This document shows, piece by piece, positions 9,003-16,218 of a stretch of 37,152 nt of DNA. The stretch is from Candidatus Woesearchaeota archaeon (GTDB lineage: Archaea > Nanobdellota > Nanobdellia > SCGC-AAA011-G17 > JAFCDX01), in assembly GCA_018302265.1 (NCBI GenBank), contig JAGVZV010000009.1, positions 1 to 37,152 of the forward strand. Direction: 5' to 3'. The position numbers were made by a program, and so were the translations under genes. The first letter of the stretch is position 1; every line of letters starts with the position of its first letter. The notes below the pieces were generated by a model, which was not told where the DNA came from, did no database searches, and saw only the letters and a list, made by a program, of their open reading frames with translations.

Positions 9003-10835
9003 TTACTCGGGTTCTTTAAAGTATTTGGATCCTGCATTTTTTGATATTGAAGAGTATAATAGATTAAGAGACTCGTATGTTCCTGGGATGTGGTCTGCCA
9101 TTGTATAGAATGTAATTGAATCCTTCTGGTATAAACCCTCTCTTGTCAGATCCCATGTGAAATCAGCTCCGCCCTTCAGCACTTCATTAACAACAATATC
9201 ATCTATTTTTGTTGTTATACACTGCCTGTCTTTTAGCAATCCTCCCCAGATTGTATTTTTTGGAGTTTCAACACACTTTTCTATTTTTTGTCCGCGTATT
9301 GTTATTGGCCATGTGCTGTTCCCGATGATGAAAGATTTAACATCATAAGTTCCAGGAATTAAATCTATTTCAGTATTTCCCGGATAGACAAAGGACGTTG
9401 AAAAATCATTATCCTGATTCTTCAATTCAAATATGATGGTTTCTGAATCATAAGGGTCCCTTATTGTCCCATCGTCTTTTTCAATTAATTTAACGCTTAT
9501 TTTTTTAGTTTTATAAGGCTCAAGTATTAAAGAGACAACCTGCGGCTCATTTGTCGAAGCAAATTGCTGCGCATCATAATACCCTGCCTTTTCCCCCATT
9601 ACTAAACCATTAAGACACTGTGGGAACAATGCTGTAAGTGATCCTTCTTCACTTTCTCCGGTAATTCCAATCTCGCATTTGGTGGTAATGCACTTGTATC
9701 TAATGTCCACTCCTGATAATGGAACAAGCAATCCATTTTCATTTGCTGCAAATGTGTAAACACTGACATTTGTCAGAGGATATTTGCATATTGGAAACTT
9801 AAAGTCCGGCTGGTCATATGTCCCAAATACATTTTTCTTTGGCTGGTTATTATCAATGATTATCAGATTAGCAAACTGGAATGAAAATCCCTGGCCATCC
9901 AATGCGCTGGGATCAATTAAACTCATGAGAACAGGGAATTTTACATCGTAAACAAAGTGCCAGTTATTAATGCATAAAACAGAGCTTAAAATTCCAGAGA
10001 CTTGGTCTGAGAATTTTTGCGTCAATTGATCGCTCTTCATGATATTGCCTTCAGAAGGAAAAACATCAACGACCATTGGCCATCTAGAAGAATATAAGAA
10101 CGAGGATTGTAAATTTGCCACACTCATTCCTGGATCGATATCAAAATACTCATTGTCAGGATTTGGGTCTTCGTATGCTCCCTTCAAGCGTACAGCATTT
10201 ATGTTACTTGAAATAATACTTTTCATGCTCCTTATTACATCCTGTTTTTTCCAGACGCTTTTTGTACAGCTAAATTCTGTGCCAGAAACAGGAATCTCAG
10301 GGAAGGCAACCATTGCATCAAATGCTTTTTCTTCAAAGAAGTTTGTCTTATCCTCTTCTGCCTGGACATTCTTTGCTATTTTGTACATTCTTCCAAATGG
10401 AACTTCCAGATTGGATATGATTGGATAATCATCCAGATTAAAAGTCAAGCCCTTTGTGGTTATTTTAATTGGATCCAGATTAAAAGTCAAGCCCTTTGTG
10501 GTTATTTTAATTGGAAGCGTTACTTTGGAAATAACATTCTCGTCCTGTATTAAAACATCTGATTTAATATTGTAATTAACATCAAACTCGTATCCCTGCT
10601 CAGCAAAATCACTAAGGATTTCAGTACAAGATTTAATATTCAAGATCAAATAATTCTCAAGCTGTTTTCTTATTTCTTCCAGCGCAGGCACTTGTCTTGT
10701 CTGGATTCCATTGGCTGTTTCATAAAACCAGTACGGAACTTCTATTCCAGGAGAGAGTTCAAGCGTGCTGGAAAAAGGCCTTTCTGGATTTAGCCAGCCA
10801 GTGTCACTGCTTCTGCTGTTAAAAGTTTTAAGCAT
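9003..10835 (-). CDS. large hypothetical protein without its own signal peptide; possibly the body of a frameshifted pilin-like adhesin
   Basis: 610-aa ORF with an extracellular-looking composition and scattered Cys. Its N-terminus, MLKTFNSRSSDTGW, is not hydrophobic. The 5' end overlaps the 77-aa prepilin-like ORF by 46 nt. Confidence 0.7.
   Translation of the reverse strand: MLKTFNSRSSDTGWLNPERPFSSTLELSPGIEVPYWFYETANGIQTRQVPALEEIRKQLENYLILNIKSCTEILSDFAEQGYEFDVNYNIKSDVLIQDENVISKVTLPIKITTKGLTFNLDPIKITTKGLTFNLDDYPIISNLEVPFGRMYKIAKNVQAEEDKTNFFEEKAFDAMVAFPEIPVSGTEFSCTKSVWKKQDVIRSMKSIISSNINAVRLKGAYEDPNPDNEYFDIDPGMSVANLQSSFLYSSRWPMVVDVFPSEGNIMKSDQLTQKFSDQVSGILSSVLCINNWHFVYDVKFPVLMSLIDPSALDGQGFSFQFANLIIIDNNQPKKNVFGTYDQPDFKFPICKYPLTNVSVYTFAANENGLLVPLSGVDIRYKCITTKCEIGITGESEEGSLTALFPQCLNGLVMGEKAGYYDAQQFASTNEPQVVSLILEPYKTKKISVKLIEKDDGTIRDPYDSETIIFELKNQDNDFSTSFVYPGNTEIDLIPGTYDVKSFIIGNSTWPITIRGQKIEKCVETPKNTIWGGLLKDRQCITTKIDDIVVNEVLKGGADFTWDLTREGLYQKDSITFYTMADHIPGTYESLNLLYSSISKNAGSKYFKEPE
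10431..10514. repeat. perfect 42-bp tandem duplication (10431-10472 and 10473-10514)
   Basis: ATCCAGATTAAAAGTCAAGCCCTTTGTGGTTATTTTAATTGG occurs twice back to back. It is in frame and produces PIKITTKGLTFNLD twice in the 610-aa protein. Confidence 0.97.
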
Positions 10836-11023
10836 GAATCAAAGTGCTCTTTTACTGATTTTATCTGCTCCGGCACTTGAGCTGCTCTTTCAGCCTCTCT
10901 TTCCAAAGCAGTTTTTAGTATATACTGATTAACAACAAAAACACTGCCTATTACAAGAAGTATTATCAAACCCGCTATCATAAAAGTAGTTACCTGCCCT
11001 CTTTTTTCCATGTTTATACTCAA
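10790..11023 (-). CDS. prepilin-like N-terminal fragment or small pilin (class III signal peptide)
   Basis: MEKRGQ followed by VTTFMIAGLIILLVIGSVFVV. This is the archaeal prepilin pattern of [KR]-G followed by a hydrophobic helix. Confidence 0.55.
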   Translation of the reverse strand: MSINMEKRGQVTTFMIAGLIILLVIGSVFVVNQYILKTALEREAERAAQVPEQIKSVKEHFDSCLKLLTAEAVTLAG

Positions 11024-11063
11024 TAAAACAAGGTATATAAAGTTTTTGAATAGTTATTTAAAG

Positions 11064-12257
11064 ATGTTAAAAAAGCCTGAATTGCTAAGCCCTGTATCTG
11101 ACTTTACCAGTCTTGTTTCTGCTATAAATGCAGGAGCTGATTCTGTATATTTTGGATTAAAAGAACTGAACATGAGGATAAATGCAAAAAATTTTAGCCT
11201 GAGTGAGATAAAAAAAGTTGTCAAGATTTGTCATAGGCACAAAATAAAGGCGTACCTAGCATTAAACACAATTATTTATGATTCTGAGATTAAAAAAGTA
11301 ATTAAAATACTAAAAAAGGCAAAAGAATTAAGGATTGATGCAGTAATTTGCTGGGATAATGCGGTTATTTTAGAAGCAAAAAAATTAAAGATTCCAGTTC
11401 ACATTAGCACACAGGCATCTGTTTCAAATTCTGAATCAGCTAAATTTTATAGATTTCTTGGAGCAAAGAGAATTGTTTTAGCAAGAGAATTAAGTCTGGA
11501 ACAGATTAAAAAGATAAAGAAGGATGCTGATATTGAGATTGAGTGTTTTATTCATGGAGCAATGTGTGTTTCAATATCCGGAAGATGCTTCATGAGCCAG
11601 TTTGTTTTTGGAAAATCAGCCAATAGGGGAGATTGTATACAGCCCTGCAGAAGAAGATACTTGTTAAAGGACATTGAAGAGGGTTATGAACTGGAACTTG
11701 GAAATAATCATGTTCTCAGTCCAAAGGATTTATGCACACTACCATTTATTGAAAAACTGATAGAATCAAATATAGATGCATTCAAGATAGAGGGGCGTTC
11801 AAGAAGCCCTGAATATGTCAAGGTTGTTACTGAATGCTACAGGAAGGCGATAGATGCCTATTTTGAAAATAAGTTAACAAAGGAATTAAAAAATAGACTG
11901 ATGCAAGAACTGAAAAAAGTCTACAATCGAGGTTTCAGTTCTGGATTTTATTTAGGGAAGCCAATAAATGAGTTTATAGAATCTGACAACCAGTCAAAAA
12001 CAAAGAAGGTTTTCATAGGGATTATAAACAATTATTACAAAAGGAATGGAGTTGCTGAATTCAAACTGTTTACAGGGAAACTGAAAGTTGGTGATACAAT
12101 AATGATACAAGGACCAACAACAGGGGTCATAGAACAAAAAGTAAGATCAATAGAAATAGAACATAAAAATATCAGTTCGGTAAAAAAGGGAAATAGCTTT
12201 GGAATAAAAATAGATAAAAACGTAAGAAAAAACGACAAGGTTTTCTTGATGAAATAA
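11064..12257 (+). CDS. peptidase U32 family protein
   Basis: Typical U32 N-terminus (KKPELLSPVSDFTSLVSAINAGADSVYFG) and the FIHGAMCVSISGRCFMSQ segment. The ATG at 11064 is preferred over 11010, which would overlap the divergent gene. Confidence 0.8.
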   Translation: MLKKPELLSPVSDFTSLVSAINAGADSVYFGLKELNMRINAKNFSLSEIKKVVKICHRHKIKAYLALNTIIYDSEIKKVIKILKKAKELRIDAVICWDNAVILEAKKLKIPVHISTQASVSNSESAKFYRFLGAKRIVLARELSLEQIKKIKKDADIEIECFIHGAMCVSISGRCFMSQFVFGKSANRGDCIQPCRRRYLLKDIEEGYELELGNNHVLSPKDLCTLPFIEKLIESNIDAFKIEGRSRSPEYVKVVTECYRKAIDAYFENKLTKELKNRLMQELKKVYNRGFSSGFYLGKPINEFIESDNQSKTKKVFIGIINNYYKRNGVAEFKLFTGKLKVGDTIMIQGPTTGVIEQKVRSIEIEHKNISSVKKGNSFGIKIDKNVRKNDKVFLMK

Positions 12258-12258
12258 A

Positions 12259-12356
12259 TGGGCCCGAGGAGATTCGAACTCCTGATCTTCGCTACGTCCT
12301 CGCCTGAATTTGTTTGCATCCAAAAAGCGACGTCTTAGCCACTGGACTACGAGCCC
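12259..12356 (-). tRNA. tRNA with anticodon UUG (Gln by anticodon; G1-C72 and A73), canonical 25-nt intron at 12295-12319
   Basis: Reverse complement reads GGGCTCG-TA-GTCC...TCGCT-TTTTGG[intron]T-AGCGA-AGATC-AGGAG-TTCGAAT-CTCCT-CGGGCCC-A. A bulge-helix-bulge can be drawn with bulges GGA and CGT around a 4-bp helix UUUU/AGGA. Confidence 0.75.
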
Positions 12357-12378
12357 TTGATTAAAATAAAAATTAAGA

Positions 12379-12388
12379 ATTTATAAAA
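12379..12388 (-). promoter_or_regulatory. TATA-like element for the tRNA at 12259-12356
   Basis: TTTTATAAAT on the minus strand, 23-32 nt upstream of the tRNA 5' end. Confidence 0.35.
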
Positions 12389-12391
12389 GTA

Positions 12392-12476
12392 AGCCTCTAG
12401 GGGGATTTGAACCCCCAACCTACTGCTTACAAGGCAACTAAGCTTTTCATTTGCTCTGCCATTGAGCTATAGAGGC
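12392..12476 (-). tRNA. tRNA-Thr(UGU) with a 13-nt non-canonical intron at 12438-12450 (between positions 27 and 28)
   Basis: Acceptor stem GCCTCTA/TAGAGGC with discriminator U. T-arm GGGGG-TTCAAAT-CCCCC. After removing ATGAAAAGCTTAG the anticodon stem is ATTGC/GCAGT with loop CTTGTAA. The hand-drawn fold has outer helix GGCA/TGCC, central helix GAGC/GCTT and bulges AAA and AGT. Confidence 0.7.
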
Positions 12477-12499
12477 ATAATAAAACTCAAGAAAAACAG

Positions 12500-12509
12500 T
12501 TTAAATAAA
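12500..12509 (-). promoter_or_regulatory. TATA-like element for tRNA-Thr
   Basis: TTTATTTAAA on the minus strand, 24-33 nt upstream of the tRNA 5' end at 12476. Confidence 0.35.
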
Positions 12510-12512
12510 TTT

Positions 12513-13082
12513 CTATTTCACTCTTTTTATAGTCTTTACAAGAACATAAGAAAGAGGATAAATCAGCTTTAATTCCTTGTGCATATTCTTCTGGAATTCA
12601 AGGCTAACTACCATATTCATCAACTCATTATAATTATTATTCTGGACATGGGTTATTAAAAACTCCTTCATTTTAGCTCTTACAGCAGTCATAACAGAAT
12701 TCTTCGTATCAAACTTTGTTAGCGCCAGTGCCTTGATTATTATATCTACACCATCTTTTGTCTTTAACTGAAGAGACTGCTCTATCCTTACTTTAGTCAT
12801 TCTGTTCAACCTCTTTAAGTATGATGGAACCAGACTATAACCAAACATCTCAGTAATTGCCTTATTTTCTCTTATTGAAGTAACCTTAAGAACAACATTC
12901 ATATTTTGCTTTTTTGGATCATCAGTTATAATAGACAGAGTCATGGTTATTAATTTATTTAGAACTTGTTCGGGTAAGTACACATTAGTCTCTCCAACTT
13001 CCCTAGATCTAAACATTTCTGGGGCGACTATTGAAACCCATATCTTCTTTGCCTTTTTCTTTAGTGCTTCTGATATTGCCAT
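12513..13082 (-). CDS. rps3ae: 30S ribosomal protein eS1 (S3Ae)
   Basis: N-terminus KKKAKKIWVSIVAPEMF and an overall S3Ae-like sequence of 189 aa. Confidence 0.85.
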   Translation of the reverse strand: MAISEALKKKAKKIWVSIVAPEMFRSREVGETNVYLPEQVLNKLITMTLSIITDDPKKQNMNVVLKVTSIRENKAITEMFGYSLVPSYLKRLNRMTKVRIEQSLQLKTKDGVDIIIKALALTKFDTKNSVMTAVRAKMKEFLITHVQNNNYNELMNMVVSLEFQKNMHKELKLIYPLSYVLVKTIKRVK

Positions 13083-13116
13083 ATTTTTTTCCTAAAAATA
13101 AGATTAATAAAGCTTT

Positions 13117-14520
13117 CTATTCAATTCCTGACAGAACCTCTTTTATAGCTTTTATAAATTCCTGCTCCTTATCCATAGTCAATAAACACCCGGCAGCGCT
13201 AGTATGGCCGCCAGATTGGATATCCACTTTTTCATGTATTTTATCCAATAATTTCTTCATGTCTATAGTGGAATTTACTCCCCTCACAGACACCTTTATC
13301 TCATCATCAGATGTATAAGCCATTGCTATGATGAGTGTTCCATCGGGGTACAGATTAGATTTAGATATTATGCTGGTTAAAACCCCCACAAGAGTATCAC
13401 GAATATTATGCTCTGTGTTAAACAAAACGAAATTCTTCTCTTCCAGGACAAGGCCTTCTTTTCTTTTTGCATAGAACCAATTTAACGCGTTTATTATTTC
13501 ACGCTTGTAATCCATCAACAGACTGAATGCCTTTGTTTTTGAGTTTTTATCATCCAAGCAGACTCCAATCCCCAGGCTTGGCTTTCCCAGTTTACCACAT
13601 GCATTTAACAGTGTAGCAAACTCTCTTGCATTTCTTGTTGGAGATTGTTCATCTTCATTAACGAAGGTATAAATTTCACCAAGAACATCTTCTGGATTTT
13701 CCTCGCTGCCCATCCTTCTTAACACAATTCCTGTAACCAAATTTTTAAATTCACTCTGGTTTAAGTCGCATAATCTTCTCCATTTATTATCGGCGGTTTT
13801 AACAGGGATGTTTAATTCATTAAGCAACTGTATTGCTCCCTCTTCAGAACCAGTAACTCCTGGGATAAATGGATCTGTGCTATATTCCAATAATTTATGA
13901 ACAGGTCGTGTTTGCGCACCAAACATCCTTAATCCAATCTCTATTTTTAATTTTCCTGATATTTCTGCATCTTTAATGATCTCTTGATTAATTCCGCTAA
14001 ATTTTTTTGTATCATTAATATAATCCTCTTGTATGTCTCCTATGGCCCCCACAAGAGCCAAGTGAGCCATGTCCTTGTTTATATCATTCAGGAATTTAGA
14101 GAACAAATAAACAACACCCGAACCGGCTATTTCCTTTGTCCCATCAATGCCAAAAGCATGCGGATTTACCAGATTTAAATCTGTAGTCAGCTTTTCAGGG
14201 ATATGGTGGTCCAATATAAATACCTGCCTGTTAACCAGCGCCTTTTCTATCTCGCTGATTGAGCCAGAACCCAAATCTGTGAAAAAATAGATTTTATAAT
14301 TTTCATTTGAGAATTCATTCATCCTTTGCTTGGAAATCTGTTTTATTATTGACAAAGAAAATTTTATATTTTCTCTCATGAAAGCCTTGGCAAGTATAGA
14401 AGCTGCTGCTATGCCATCTGCATCAAGATGGGAAATAATCCTGACTGGAGTTTTTTCCAGAGATTTAAATTTCTCAACAATGTTGTTGATATGATGATAA
14501 AATTCGTTATACTTATCCAT
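13117..14520 (-). CDS. DHH-family phosphoesterase, archaeal RecJ/GAN (Cdc45-like) nuclease
   Basis: Motifs SHLDADGIAA, FILDHH (DHH) and GGHTSAAG (DHHA1). Located between the S15 and S3Ae genes. Confidence 0.8.
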   Translation of the reverse strand: MDKYNEFYHHINNIVEKFKSLEKTPVRIISHLDADGIAAASILAKAFMRENIKFSLSIIKQISKQRMNEFSNENYKIYFFTDLGSGSISEIEKALVNRQVFILDHHIPEKLTTDLNLVNPHAFGIDGTKEIAGSGVVYLFSKFLNDINKDMAHLALVGAIGDIQEDYINDTKKFSGINQEIIKDAEISGKLKIEIGLRMFGAQTRPVHKLLEYSTDPFIPGVTGSEEGAIQLLNELNIPVKTADNKWRRLCDLNQSEFKNLVTGIVLRRMGSEENPEDVLGEIYTFVNEDEQSPTRNAREFATLLNACGKLGKPSLGIGVCLDDKNSKTKAFSLLMDYKREIINALNWFYAKRKEGLVLEEKNFVLFNTEHNIRDTLVGVLTSIISKSNLYPDGTLIIAMAYTSDDEIKVSVRGVNSTIDMKKLLDKIHEKVDIQSGGHTSAAGCLLTMDKEQEFIKAIKEVLSGIE

Positions 14521-14525
14521 TATAA

Positions 14526-14987
14526 TCAGCCTAAACCGATAAGCAATTTGGCCTTGGATCTGTCATATTTCCAGTCTTTGGGTATTCTGCCCGATTTTTT
14601 GTAATATTTTGATAATCTGTGAATTTTGGACTCGGTCAATTCTAATCCGCGTTTAGCAGGAATATCTTTTTTATTATTTTCCAGGTGCTTTGAAATTGTG
14701 ATTTCTTTTTTTATCAGCGCTACAAGATCTTCCGGAATATTTCCAAGAACCTTGTTTTCTTTTAGTATTTGGGATATCTTTTTGTTGAGTATGACTTGGA
14801 CATCGGGGATGCCATAACTATCTCTCAGAATAACCCCTATCTGGCTTGTGGTTTTTTCTTCCTTGACTAATTTAAGTATAATCTGCTCTATTTCCTTTTC
14901 CTTGTATCTTATCCAAGTAGGCTTTACTTGTTTGGATGGTTTCTTTGAACCAGATTTTCCTTTTTTCCTGCTGTGCATTCTTGCCAT
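14526..14987 (-). CDS. rps15: 30S ribosomal protein uS15 (S15P/S13e)
   Basis: MARMHSRKKGKSGSKKP N-terminus and LELTESKIHRLSKYYKKSGRIPKDWKY C-terminal region. Confidence 0.88.
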   Translation of the reverse strand: MARMHSRKKGKSGSKKPSKQVKPTWIRYKEKEIEQIILKLVKEEKTTSQIGVILRDSYGIPDVQVILNKKISQILKENKVLGNIPEDLVALIKKEITISKHLENNKKDIPAKRGLELTESKIHRLSKYYKKSGRIPKDWKYDRSKAKLLIGLG

Positions 14988-15171
14988 TTTAATATGAAAC
15001 CGAGAACATGCTTATTGGTATAAACAAGCCTTAACCGGTTTATCCTACTTTTTCTTATAGAAAGTATTTATAAAACTATCTTTTTAGAATAAGATTAACA
15101 ATTATCTTCTCTTTTTAATCTTCGGTTGGATCCATATTTATTCTTAGTTTTTAGAATATATAAAGATTTTG

Positions 15172-15261
15172 ATAGCCCTAGGAGGATTCGAACCTCCGTC
15201 ACAGGCTGACCTTGTTTAATACTCCAAAGGCCCGTATCCTTGGCCACTAGACTATAGGGCT
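15172..15261 (-). tRNA. tRNA-Gln(UUG) with a canonical 16-nt intron at 15208-15223
   Basis: Reverse complement reads AGCCCTA...CGGGC-CTTTGG[AGTATTAAACAAGGTC]A-GCCTG...GGAGG-TTCGAAT-CCTCC-TAGGGCT-A. It has the A1-U72 pair typical of archaeal tRNA-Gln. Clean hBHBh' fold: central helix CUUU/AAGG, bulges GGA and UCA, inner pairs G-C and U-A. Confidence 0.85.
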
Positions 15262-15281
15262 ATTATTGAATAGATTGAAAT

Positions 15282-15293
15282 TATACTTTTAAA
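15282..15293 (-). promoter_or_regulatory. TATA-like element for tRNA-Gln
   Basis: TTTAAAAGTATA on the minus strand, 21-32 nt upstream of 15261. Confidence 0.3.
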
Positions 15294-15352
15294 TCTTTGT
15301 ATAAATTTCGAACGGTAGTAATACTTATATATTAAATAAACTTAGATTATAT

Positions 15353-16216
15353 ATGAAAGAATTAGATAATTTATCAAAAAAAGAACTTCTACAGTTATTA
15401 TCGATAATTGTTTTAAGTGATGGAACTATAGCCAAAAAGAAACAATATTTGGGTCCAATTAAATTAGAAACTGTATATTATAATAAATGTCAACACAGTA
15501 TGTTTAAACAGATATGTAAAAAATTATTCAATAAAGAATTACATGAATATATTTACTTATGTAATAATAAAAAAATAATAAGTTCTAGATTATATGGAAA
15601 AAAATATGTAAAAGAATTATTGAGATTATCTCCTTCTTACCAAACTTCTCCAGGACCTATTTTATCCAAAAAAGAGTTTTTAGATTCTGCACAACCTTCT
15701 ATAAAACATATTTTAGAAAATAAAAATATTAAATTAAAACGATTAGCATTAAGAACGTATTTTGATTTTGATGGTAGTATAGTTCCATCATTTTATATGA
15801 AATATAAAAAAGATAAAAAGAATGGAAAAATATATTCTTATTATCAGATACAATTTGAATGCCCTGTTTATATATCAGAAACTAATCCTTATTTAATTAA
15901 AGAATTAGTAGTTCTTTGTAAAAATTTAGGATTAAATGCGGTAATTAAAAAGGATAAGAGAAATTGGAGTGGAATAGAAGGGTTAAGAATTTCTGAATTA
16001 AAAAGTATTAAAAAATTTATAAGTTGGGGTGGTCCAATCAGCGGAGTTAAAATATCATTAAAAAGTCATAGATTTTTTGGGAAAACTAAAAAATTAATTT
16101 GTAATAGAATAAATTATATCTTAAATAAAGGGATACCCCTATCTTATTATTTTAAAGATGAGAAGGGAGCTTTAGAAAAGAAAAAAGAATTAGATAAATT
16201 ACTCTTTTTGAAATAA
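15353..16216 (+). CDS. free-standing LAGLIDADG-like homing endonuclease family protein
   Basis: Two LAGLIDADG-like motifs (LLSIIVLSDGTIAKK and LRTYFDFDGSIVPS). Very Lys/Asn/Ile-rich ORF in a patch visibly more AT-rich than its flanks. Confidence 0.5.
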   Translation: MKELDNLSKKELLQLLSIIVLSDGTIAKKKQYLGPIKLETVYYNKCQHSMFKQICKKLFNKELHEYIYLCNNKKIISSRLYGKKYVKELLRLSPSYQTSPGPILSKKEFLDSAQPSIKHILENKNIKLKRLALRTYFDFDGSIVPSFYMKYKKDKKNGKIYSYYQIQFECPVYISETNPYLIKELVVLCKNLGLNAVIKKDKRNWSGIEGLRISELKSIKKFISWGGPISGVKISLKSHRFFGKTKKLICNRINYILNKGIPLSYYFKDEKGALEKKKELDKLLFLK

Positions 16217-16218
16217 GT

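Noticed and set aside
3167-10428. Plus-strand ORFs of 60-154 aa inside the giant and 610-aa genes (3167-3349, 3840-4070, 4233-4697, 4517-4729, 5727-5996, 7800-8102, 8757-8948, 9157-9348, 10039-10428).
   Set aside because: They lie entirely antisense to long, well-supported minus-strand ORFs. Their Ser/Leu/Phe-rich low-complexity translations are typical of shadow frames.
12035-12319. 94-aa minus-strand ORF.
   Set aside because: It is antisense to the U32 peptidase CDS, and its start runs into the tRNA gene at 12259-12356. It is a shadow ORF.
14988-15080. Imperfect hairpin (GCTTATT...AACAAGC) and AACCGGTT palindrome in the probable 5' leader of the S15 gene, considered as an autoregulatory element.
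   Set aside because: The stem contains a mismatch and the TATA assignment is ambiguous on both strands. There is no comparative support for it.
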